Source: Catajapyx aquilonaris (lineage: Eukaryota). Taken from it: a stretch of DNA of 57,120 bases. Below the pieces are notes generated by a model. That model was not told the DNA's origin. It saw nothing but the letters and a program-made list of their open reading frames with translations, and ran no database searches. The position numbers were made by a program, and so were the translations under genes. Positions 36,970-47,750 of the stretch are shown here, in pieces. The stretch spans positions 62,001 through 119,120 of the forward strand of contig KZ538126.1 in the NCBI GenBank assembly GCA_000934665.2. Reading direction: 5' to 3'. Within the stretch, counting starts at the first letter, position 1, and every line of letters starts with the position of its first letter.

Positions 36970-38507
36970 CTACCCATTCTTCTGATAAATCTTGTCCAAC
37001 AAGTCAAAGAACATCTTGTGTGGCAGCCCCCTGGAAATCTGCTGGATACGGGTGCAAACAAGGTCGTGCTGCTGCTCTTCGTAGGTGGTGTACATATGCG
37101 GCAGGCCCATCTCGGAATACAGGCGCCTCACTGCTTCCTCCTTCTCTGGGTCCTTGCTCCCGTAGCAGTCTTCCAGTACCTTCTTCTGTTGCATGTTGGC
37201 CCGCTGGAGGGCAACCACTGCCAGCCAGCTGCACTTCCCATCACGTATGTCTGCGCCAACCTTGCCTGTCAGTTCTGGATCTCCGAAGCAATCCAAGTAG
37301 TCGTCCTAATGTGAGAAGGATTTCATTTTAAAATTTCCCATTCAAACTCTGATCAATAATGCCATGAGTTATATCCAAGGGCCACACACACGGCCCTGGC
37401 TAGGCGATTCTATGCTGGATTGCGTGAGAGGAATCAGAGGCTGAGAATGGGCAACAATACTAACCTGCACTTGGAAGAAATGTCCCATCTCGAGAAGGAT
37501 GGTCTTTGCCTGCCTGTGCATCTCTTCGTCAGTGATGCCAGCCATGTAGAGGGCGAGCCCAACAGGCAGGTGGAAATTCGAGGAGCTGTTCTTGTACTTG
37601 ATGATAGCACTGTACCGATCCATGGTGAACTTGTCCAGAGAGGCCGACTGCATGTCTAGCGCCTGGCCCATTGCTGTCTTCAGTGTTACGTTGTGGAATA
37701 GCTCCATGCAGTCCAAGTAATATGGTTTGTCCTGCAACAGATATAGGTCATGCCAATGGAGATAACTTTTGGTTCCGTCCGCCAACATACCTGGAAATAT
37801 CGCCTGAGGATATGGTAAATCCCAGCCTCCACCAGAATGGCATCGTTACATGCGGAAAGCCCAACGCCTTCCTTCCTATGCCAGCATGTCCTTCCCCTCC
37901 GTGACTCTGCCTGGTCCATGATGTCGTCGTACATGAGAGAAAATGCCTGCAGCATCTCCACGCACCAGCCCATTATCTGAACCAGTTGAATATTCTCGGC
38001 TGTTAGGTGCTCAGGCTTGCACAGATGGCGATAGGCAAACAAGACTGTCAATCCACAAGTCTTTCGACCTCCAGACACATTGTACTGAAGTACCTGCAAC
38101 ACAATGCACATAATTGTAACAGCTGACAACTCATTGAATTTCCAACTAGGACGCACTTTGGAGAACCACTTGTTGACATCCGGGATATCCAAGTTGCGTC
38201 CAGCATCAGTCAGCTCACGAACAACATCAGGAAAAACGGCCATAAAGTCCCTCTTTTCCTTCTTGCTCACCACGTCACCAGTCACTATCGCAGGCACCAC
38301 ATAGCTATCGACATGGAAAATGTTAAAACCGGTTAAAACGAATTTTGTTGCGACTTACCTCCGCTTCAAGCTTGCGTTCAAAACTGGCAACGCAGTCGTG
38401 CACCGAAGCGTGTGCGACAATGGTTTTTGCACAGCCAGGTGCTTCCCAAGGAGACTCAGCCTGTTCATGCCTACGCTTAAATGGCTCCAACGCACGGCAC
38501 AACTCAT
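36970..38507 (-). CDS. FPPS-family trans-isoprenyl diphosphate synthase paralog A, divergent active site, N-terminal mitochondrial presequence
   Basis: Exons 38359-38507, 38157-38304, 37791-38093, 37465-37731, 36970-37305 give 401 codons. FARM AFSLMYDDIMD..SRRG, GQALD, SARM FFQVQDDYLDCFGDP, GKVGADIRDGKCSWL. Non-canonical GGRKTCG and KYKNSSSNF. Confidence 0.93.
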
Positions 38508-40084
38508 GTTTCCAATATGCTCAACACCAAACTACCATAACGTCCGGTGGAACTCTCTGAAAGTACAGCTCGTTAGGAACATACAAGTAGTAAACATTGT
38601 TTAAACATCAACATCCAACAACCTGTTAACCTCTGCTAACTGCTCTTAAATACCCCCCAGTACCCTGTATACCCTCCAGACAACAGCCAAAACCAAGTAG
38701 ATCACTCCTTGCAAGAGCTTGGTTCCTGTCACATTAATAAACTCAACCACTAAAACTTACTAGGGTTGGAAATAAAACCGAGGCTGGGCGCTGCAGCACC
38801 TGACCTGGTGTCAAACTGAGCTGGGAATAGAAGCCGTATGCGTAGTTGCATGAATTAAAGAGCAATGAGAGGGTGGGAAAGGGGGACAAAAAAGTGCGAT
38901 GGGAAAAGAGAGAGAGAGAAGCTCAAGGTCGAGTCAATCGTCACACGTGGTAATAAACACGCGCTTTTTTTTTCAGTCTCTTCCGGGGGTTGGGTTTGCT
39001 CAATAATCTGTCCAGGTTGATTATTAAATTGGTCTGTTTTTATATGTGAGATGACCTCTAATTCATAGTTGGGGCAATAATAGACGTGGCGATTATTGTC
39101 ACCCAACCTATACATAGCCTACACTACCTATGATAATAATTAGACCCAATCTCTTATGAAATTCAGTGTCAAGTACACTGTACACTGTACTAACCTTGCG
39201 CATCTGCAAAATTCCTACAATTATTGTTGAACATTGCATGGAATTATGCGTGCCTCAACGGCAGGTACTTTATTATTAGGGTGGTACTGTAGTTATAAAA
39301 ATAAATTGCGGACTAATGAGCAGCGTCATGCACTGTTGAGGACGTTGTACATATTGCAGTCCTTCACTTACCTTGTTACAGCATATGAATCAATAATATG
39401 AAGAGGCTGCAAATACGCAAGGTGCTGATCATATATTGATTCATGACTTGCTCATTTACTGGTCACGAATTTAATTTTTATGCGCTGCGTTTCACACTGT
39501 AGTACATATGTTTCAAAATTAATAGAAATGAAGATACAACCTGAAACGACAAAAAAATAAAGGGATCTCCTGACATAATGTAGAGCTGGCAGAAAAATAT
39601 GTCTTGATCAAGCTCATTCGTCATTCAAGGACCTTTGGGAAGCTAATTAGCAAAGTAAACCTGTCATATTGTTATATGAAAAGGAAGGCCTTCAGAAACA
39701 TGATAGTCCCATATGGATTAATAATTTTTGCTAATATTAGTCTAAGCCACTCTTGGGGTCCTCAATAGCACCACTTTTATTCCAAGGTCATTCTCATCCT
39801 GTTGCAGCCAGTAGTATGATGCCATAGACAGCTATCTGCAACCAGACTGTTAAGTTTTACCCCAGAGCGTAACACTGCAATAATTGTAAGTAATTAAACA
39901 ACACTTTATTACACAACACAAATAAATTACATGAAACAAACGAGGACAAGGTAAATGGTAACATTCACAGACACACGGACAAACACAATCTCTCTTTTTT
40001 TTTAAACAATTTTCCCTTTTTATCCACATTGACAAGATGCCCATGGTTTATGACTTTTGACACAGATATGTAACAAACATGACC

Positions 40085-43000
40085 TTAGATATTCCTGTGG
40101 TAAATTTTGTCCAAAATGGTTTTGCATAGAGTTTGCAGCTGCCTAGAAGGCAAATGGTCAATGTCATCATGGAGAGAGGTGTACATCTCCTCTTCAAACT
40201 CGGAGTAGAGACGAGGCAGCTCCAGAACTTGGTACAGGGCCTTCACTTTAGCTACTTTGGCAGGATCATGACTTCCGTAGCACTCCTGCAAAACACCCCA
40301 GAAGTAATCTGCTTGTAAGTCAAAGGTACTGTTTACAGGTTCATGATAGGAGGAACAGGATGTGGGCCTGGGGGGTGCCTATTTATAGTTTAGAAAAACA
40401 CAGGCTGAGTAGCCAGCTCTGCACAGATCTTTGCCTCTTCGTGTTGGTCTTATTAACCTTCTGCTCTGCATAACGTAATCAGAACTGGCCCTCATGAATT
40501 GTATTATTTCTATTTGCTACGTTCTGTACATTTTTGTCACGTATAGGAGAGACTTGTTAAGTACAGAAAAATTTTGTGCAACAAAGTAATTCTACTAAAT
40601 ACAATAAGTTTCACTGCATTAGTAAAAACTGCTAAAGTGTGGCGCATAAGATGTACAGAATGCAGAGATTCAATCATTACTTATTGAACTTTTCTCATTA
40701 ATTTGACTGAAGTGCACATACCAAATATTCGACGATAAAAATGGAGTTATCAGGGAGTCTCTTGATATCATAGTTACTTATATGAGATTTTTTACAGAGG
40801 GTTGTGCAAAAGTTGTACACTTCCTCTTAAATTCTTGTTGCTTAGGATATTCCAATATGAAATTGTCCAGATTGATTTGGGAGACTTTTGTGTCTTGCAG
40901 TAAGTTTTGTCGGGGTGGTTCGGAGATGGAATAATCAGCATGATGAATCCTGTCACTCGAAAAATTCCGGATGGAACCAAACTTTTCATGGGATTACTTT
41001 GCAATGGAACCAAAATTGCCTAGTTAAATTCTTGTAATTTTGTCATGGGATATGCCGAAAACATTCCTTTATCGAAATCCTGTCATTATCATAGTGGTCA
41101 TATCTTCCTCCCTAGGCAACCATACGTGGGTCCATCTGTCAGGCTGTTTCCATACAAAAAGATGTCACGTGTTTTGTTAAACATGAAAAACTCGAGCAGA
41201 ATCTTAATTGTGCAATTGCATTCACATGAAGTGGCTTATATCTCACTGCTAGGGAATCAGCAACAATTTAAAATTCATATGCAGTTCAAAAATTCATCCT
41301 CTAGTCATGACCAAGGGATGCGAATAATTTCTGTGAGTCAAGAACAACCAACTGACCTGCAACACCTGTCTATGTTCAGAAGTGGCAGCTTTTAAGGCAG
41401 TGACTGCAAGCCAGGTACACTTTCCCTCCTGTATGTCTGTCCCAACTTTCCCGGTGATTTCAGAGTCTCCAAAGCAGTCCAAGTAGTCATCCTGTGCTTG
41501 GAAGAAGTGTCCCACTTTGAGCAGGATCTCCGCCATCTGAGAATGAAGTTCCCCATCCGCTATGCCCACCATATGCATAGCCAGGGAGACGGGCAAGCAG
41601 AAGGAGTAGTAGGCGGTCTTGTACTTGACTATGGCTGCATACTTGTCCTCTGTGAACAGGTGCAGCTGGGGCTTTGACTCAGAGCTGGTCAGGAGGTCCA
41701 GTGCCTGACCACGACTTGTTTTAAAAGTTACCTGAAATGGAAATCATTCTGTTTTATGGCAATCCTTCTGTATACTGCACAGTGTAATCAAGAATCATTT
41801 ATTCAAAGAACTGCAACACAATATTAATTCACCTTGAACACTTGTTATGCTATACCTACAGAATGAAACAGCTCGAGGCAGTTGAGGTAGTATGGCTGTC
41901 CCTTGTGATGCTTTTCCAGAAGCATGTAGATCCCAGACTCGAGCAAGAAAGCATCGTTGATGGCTCCAAGTCCCACCTGGCAGTGCCTGTACCAGCATGG
42001 CTGGCCTCGACGTGTCTCCGAGCCATCCATTATGTCGTCGGCTACCAGGAAGAATGCCTGCAACTGTTTAAAAGGGGGTTGAACATTAATAAATTTACCA
42101 GTTGTAGACGTCTCCCTGGATGCACAAATACTAACCAGTTCAACACACCATCCCATTATGTGCACCAGCCTCAAGTCAGCATTGCCGCATTCCCCCTCTT
42201 TGAGCAGCTTGTATGCCGTGAGGACAGTAAGACCCCTGGCAAGCTTTCCTCCGACCACATTGTAGTTGAGCACCTTCTCGAACCAGGAGGAGGCCTCCTT
42301 CGTGTCATGCTGGCCTGTCTGAGTCAGGTCACGCACAACCTCAGGAAACACAGAGAGGAACTCCACCTGGTCATCCATCATGGTGGCTGCTGCAGTCTGG
42401 ACACATCTGAAATTGCCAGCAAGATTTTAGTCCATGTATCTCTATTTACCTTAGTTCATGATGCTACACGTTCCTCTTTTAGCAAGCCAATCATAGTCCC
42501 TTGGTTTGTTTAGAAATTTTGTTTGCAGTACAGATTTAAAAGGAAGTACCATGAGAACCAATCACACACCAGTTCATAATATATTTGTTCACATAACAAC
42601 TCCAATGCTGCAAACTTGTGCATAACAGCCTTGCTACATGCACATGCCAACTAGTGGCTCAACATCTGCGTGTAAATCAAGCTCAAGGCTCATTATTAAT
42701 CCCTTTTGACACCACAAGCATAAATTAATCGCTGCCAACCCTAGCAACATATCGTTTTGCCCAGTTTCATGTCCACATCCCAACATTCAGGCAACGTTAC
42801 TCTTGCATTTTTACATAATCACTTATTCATCATCTCTTGCTGAATATTCTAATGCAGCTCTATATGTCAGCCAAGGCCCTCCGAAACACCAATTTCCCTC
42901 ACTCTACTGCTTTCTTTACCAGTAATTTTCACATGGTAAAGTCTGGGGAGGCAGAGTTGCGCTGCGGAAACGTATGCGCCCACGGATGTAAGTGTCCCGG

Positions 43001-43236
43001 GATTTCCCCCTTTCATCTCGTGCAGAGTTTGGGGTCATCTCTGGCTTCGTCTCGGGTGGGATTCCTTGGGACTAACCACCCTGGTGAGTTCACAAAATGA
43101 CCATAGCAACGACATTTCACATCCCCTCGCTCGCAGTACACGGGGCGATACGGAAAAGGGCCAACACAGCTTGTATGCCTAAAATGCAAATAAAGGTACC
43201 ATGCCAAATGCCCATCAAATTGGCAGTGCACTAACC

Positions 43237-43301
<65 letters not shown>

Positions 43302-43599
43302 TTATGATAAAATCAGTTATGCACAGAATTTATCTTCATCGTATGGCCTGACCCCGCTGCTTCCATACTTATGGTGCTGTTCTAATGTCGCATCATTTAC
43401 TGAACATTAACTTGACTTTCCCTGTTGCTATGTTCCAACCCTTTCTGTGCCCTGCATCTGTTTCACATCATGCTTACGGCCTGGGTGTGGATACTCCGAC
43501 CCTTCGTAGCGGTGCGGTGTGCAGCTGGCAGGCTGCTCGTCTCCACCTGAAGGGCTTGAGGTATCGGCAGAAGCGGATCATCAGAGGCAGTGGCAGCAT
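40085..43599 (-). CDS. FDPS: Farnesyl pyrophosphate synthase paralog B (canonical), presequence on a separate exon
   Basis: Exons 43478-43599, 42136-42406, 41860-42063, 41357-41731, 40085-40285 give 391 codons. GGKLARG, LQAFFLVADDIMDGSETRRGQPCWY, KYKTAYYSF, FFQAQDDYLD, KIYHR. Confidence 0.95.
42860..43300 (+). mobile_element. Probable SINE or 3' end of a non-LTR retrotransposon with (AAT)20 tail
   Basis: GC/CpG-richer block ending in AATAAA...(AAT)n at 43241-43300 inside an FPPS-B intron. 5' boundary uncertain and no TSD found. Confidence 0.5.
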
Positions 43600-44691
43600 C
43601 CTTTGGCATCAATAAATGCAGGCATCCTATAAATATATATGTCAACCTGACTTTGATTAGTTGGCAGTCGTGGTCCCTTTTGCCCCCACTGATGCCCTGC
43701 TGTTGCTTCTATTTCTGGAAGTGGGCCAAGAGGAGGACAGGGCCAAAGCCACACTCGGCTGGCTCGGCCTAGAACTTGACCTCCTTTTTACCCTCCAGGC
43801 AAACTACCCACACCAAGTGCTGCATTCCACACCGTTTCATTCTCCGCCCACCGAAACGTTGACTTGCTACACCCACCAAATACTCATCCATATTTTTTGG
43901 AGAAATTTTAATTTCAGGAATTTCGGGAGGATGGAGAATGAAAGAAAAAAAACATGTGAAAGCATGCGACCTACTTTTGACGTATTTCCAACACTAGATT
44001 AGCTGACGTGTTAAAATGTAGTTAAATGTTTCATCGGTCATATTTAATCTAGATGTGTAATCAATATTAGATTGATAAATAATACGAATTTTATTAACTA
44101 CGGATGTTTTTGGGTGATGGGTAATTCCAACCCTGTTTTTATATTGCACATGTTCTACCGGCTCACGTTGCGTTGGTTTGCAGGCAGATTTGCAAGTGTC
44201 GAATGCAATTTTTGAAGCTGAATTCGCATCTTGGACATGCAGGAAATCAGCCTGGACACTTTATGCTGGAGATACGGACAGAGTACAATGCACAGAAGTG
44301 CATTTCCACTTTCCTTCAAGCCAGGATGAGTATTTACCACTACGTAAGTATCATCCTATTAACCTGATACGTTAGCAGAGAGAAATAATTGGGCCATCAT
44401 TTGCATGTAACCAAGGGTCACGGAAGAAGGACAGGAAGCCCTGGAAAGGATGTGGAACACATGATCTGGATATAATAACGTAACGGAGCTCCTCTTCTAC
44501 GGTGGGGTCGCCACAGGTCTTGCACCTGAAGAAAACCGGGCAAAGCACGATCATGCAACCACCTCCCGCAAACCACCCCGTCAGACCCCCCAAAGGTGAT
44601 GAGATAAGAGGGTAGTGTCCAGACCTTAGTATTGCCATTTTTCCAAGGTGGCGGCGTGTTCCCCCACACCAATTGCAGTCAACTTTGGATA

Positions 44692-44949
44692 TCGTCGGCC
44701 GGCGATCAAAAACTCGCAACTACATTTTGCGCGAAAATGGACTTACGTACCTCGTAAGTCCCTTTGCACAACTTTGCAACAGTGTACATGAATTCAACAT
44801 CATCCTCATGAAAAGTAAGGTTTACGTTATGCTATACTGTAGGAATAATTGTCAGCATGAACAGAAAACATGATTTTACAAAATGTTTTTTGTCCCACCT
44901 GTAAAATTTGGTCTTGAGGAGTTACGAGGTTTTGATGGCCGGCCGACGA
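44692..44949. mobile_element. mariner-like MITE (258 bp)
   Basis: TA|TCGTCGGCCGGCGATCAAAAACTCGCAACT ... AGTTACGAGGTTTTGATGGCCGGCCGACGA|TA. Confidence 0.8.
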
Positions 44950-45179
44950 TATGTTGTTCTTCACATTTTTCTGAACATATGGTGAAAATCTCATTTCTAT
45001 TGCAAATTTTTGGGGGTTAGGGGTATATTTTTCCATATCTATCCTGGACTAATTGACTTCTTTCACATGATAAAATAATTATCTTGAATTTGATAAAAAA
45101 AAACAGGTTATTGCTAGCTTGTAAATGTACCTTTTAGACATTAAATAGGGACTTCTACCCGTTCAACAGGCCCTAGACC

Positions 45180-46260
45180 CCACACCCCAGTACCTTTTTG
45201 TGGACCATCCTGTACATTGCATTCTTTGCAGGTCATTATTCAATATGTTCCAAGAAGACGAGCAGTTGCAAGCTATGCTATCTGCCTTGATACTTCCATT
45301 GTGGCTGGTGATCCGGAAACATGACAGAAACCACATGGTTCTACAGGCACTTACGTTACCAACTGACCTGCTATACCAGAGAGGACATTAGAAACTGGAA
45401 AAGTTTGGCTCCAGCAACTAATCAATGTGGTGAGTAGTATTGGCAGAGCATGGCCAACCTATGAAAAAAATGTAGCCAGCAATAAGCAGTCAAGTAGGTT
45501 ATGAAAGGTCACTTCCTCCAGATATAAGAATAAGCATTAGCGAGACTAGCAGCAACTGATCTGATATGCACTGCATGCTGCCGTAAGGTGGGCCTGTTGC
45601 ATTGCTACAATCTTTGGTAGGGGGGGCCAGAAGAGCCACAACCTCTATTTTCTGGCCTTCCTCTAACCTCAGGTCAACACCATCCACCAATTCAACCTCT
45701 TGACATGGCTCCATCACATGCCAGATCACATTTTCGCCTCCATTGGGCATTTGTCATGATCAACTGGTGATACTGTGCCATGTGCCTACCCTGCTTAGAT
45801 GATAATATGTGGGGTTATGCCATCGCAGTCAGGCTCATGCACTCCTACCACAAAAGCTGCTATCTTTCCTGGTGAGAGTTGGTCTGGTTCCGCCACTAAT
45901 GAAGCTATCTCCTCTTCTGCAGCTAATAGCCTTTTTTGTGCATATTGTGATGGGTCTTGGGGCACTTACACCTTTCCATCTTCAAATGCCAGGGTCACTT
46001 CCCACTCTGTCATCCAGTCCATGCCCAGCAAGAGTTGAAAAGACAATGTCTGCACCACTACTTCATGACATGGTAATCGGTTCCTCTGCCAATGAAGCTC
46101 TAGTTCAACTGTCCCAGCAGCTCCACTAGCATGCCATCGCCAACCACAATCAGAAGACAATCTCAGTCCCTGGTCTACAGCTGCTGTTGTGCACTACACC
46201 CTCTCTCACACCACTCTGTGTCTGTGTCTTATATGTCCCAGCTACGAATCTGATATGACT
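45180..46260 (-). mobile_element. Decayed Ty3/gypsy LTR-retrotransposon pol fragment (aspartic protease region)
   Basis: Minus-strand ORF with GTVELEL...VVVQTLSFQLLLGMDWM, a typical retropepsin C-terminal motif. Followed by LRLEEGQKIEVVALL (pre-RT linker-like). Many stops; boundaries approximate. Confidence 0.6.
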
Positions 46261-47190
46261 CACTCGAGGGCAAAGAGTGTCGACACTCTTCCTCCAGCAC
46301 ACTATGGCGTTTGTGCAACGATATTTTTCTCTCTCCCAGGTGACTTACCTAAAATTCATGCGAGTCCATTCACCATCAATTCTTTCACTTTTGGGCACTT
46401 CAACTTCCATCAAAATTGGTTGAGCATCTGCATGCTAAGAGCTATGAACCTTTTCATGTGGTAGAGTGTGGTATGGCATGGATAAAAATAGACTTTACAT
46501 TACATCGTTTCTGTCATATCAGTGTATGGGGATATTTCATAAATTATTTCCAAGTCAAATTTTATAGTTTTGTGGTATACTTATTAATCTTAATGCAATA
46601 TATTAAATCTTAGGATTTCCCCTCAGTCTCCCCTCAAAGCCTGAGTACAACCTGCATAATTATGAACTTGTCCTAGTGCAGTTTCTATCCCATGCAAGTT
46701 CGAATGCCCCTGTAGTTTACAACCAATATATTACAACATGTACTGATGAAAAGTGCAACTGCAAGGTTTTTTCCTCCCAATTCCTATCCGAATCAGAATC
46801 AGATGTAGAGTGAAACATAATCCTACACACTCACTCAGTAAGGTAATATTCCTGGCTCCAACATCAAGTTTTCTGTAACAAAAGTAACAAACTGAAATCC
46901 TACCTTTCTTCTGGAATCTAATGCCGGAATATCTGACGCAACTAGTTACCTTCCCATCTGGTTGTCATCATAGTACAGTCTGAAATCAGTTATTATGGGG
47001 AGCATAGTGTTGATGTAAATAGACATAATTACCAGTTAACAATCAGTCAGTTTAATGACAAAATATTGTACTGTTCCTTAATTTGTACATTACTTTCATC
47101 CTTTGCATAACAGTGTTACATCCTAACGTACAGTAGATAGCTCAGTCATAGACATTACAAAAATATCTCAAAAGGAGAGGAATGAATGTA

Positions 47191-47490
47191 CAGTGTGCCC
47201 TCTGCATCCGCGGAGGATTGGTTAGAGGCCCCGCCGTTGATTTTGGTACTTGCAGATGCCCAAGTACCTTACATAAAAAGATGTAGTATATGCATGTACC
47301 TATGCACATACTCCTGTATACTTACTACACTGTAAATGCTACATGTAAATAGTTGTTAGTCTCTATTGTTGTGCTTGTCATGTGGCAAATTCAAGCTTTG
47401 TATACTGACTAGCTTTTTAAAACAAGTACTTTCAATGTGCAGTTGGTTGAATCAATGGATACAGAGCCCACGGATGGGAAGAGCCCACTG
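47191..47490. mobile_element. pogo/Tigger-family MITE resembling mammalian MER2/Tigger3 derivatives
   Basis: TA|CAGTGTGCCCTCTGCATCCGCGG.GGATTGGTT ... GTTGGTTGAATC..TGGATACAGAGCCCACGGATGGGAAGAGCCCACTG|TA. Internal TGTAAATGCTACATGTAAATAGTTGTTA. Confidence 0.8.
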
Positions 47491-47750
47491 TACATTTACA
47501 TTGGATAATACCACTATACATGAATATCAATATCTGTGTTGAAAGGCATTACAGATCAATTCCTGAGATATGTTAAGATTGAGCTACACGTAATGGTCTC
47601 TCTCAGTCTGACGATAAGTCCTTATCACAATGACATTACCATGATAGCTAAATTGCAATAACTGAACTTTGTGATATCAAAACACCACATTACAAGAATC
47701 CAAGTGAACCATGATTTGGAATGCAAGAGATTGCATTGACTCAGTTTAAT

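Noticed and set aside
41842..42513. 223-aa plus-strand ORF
   Set aside because: Antisense shadow of FPPS-B exons with no independent motifs.
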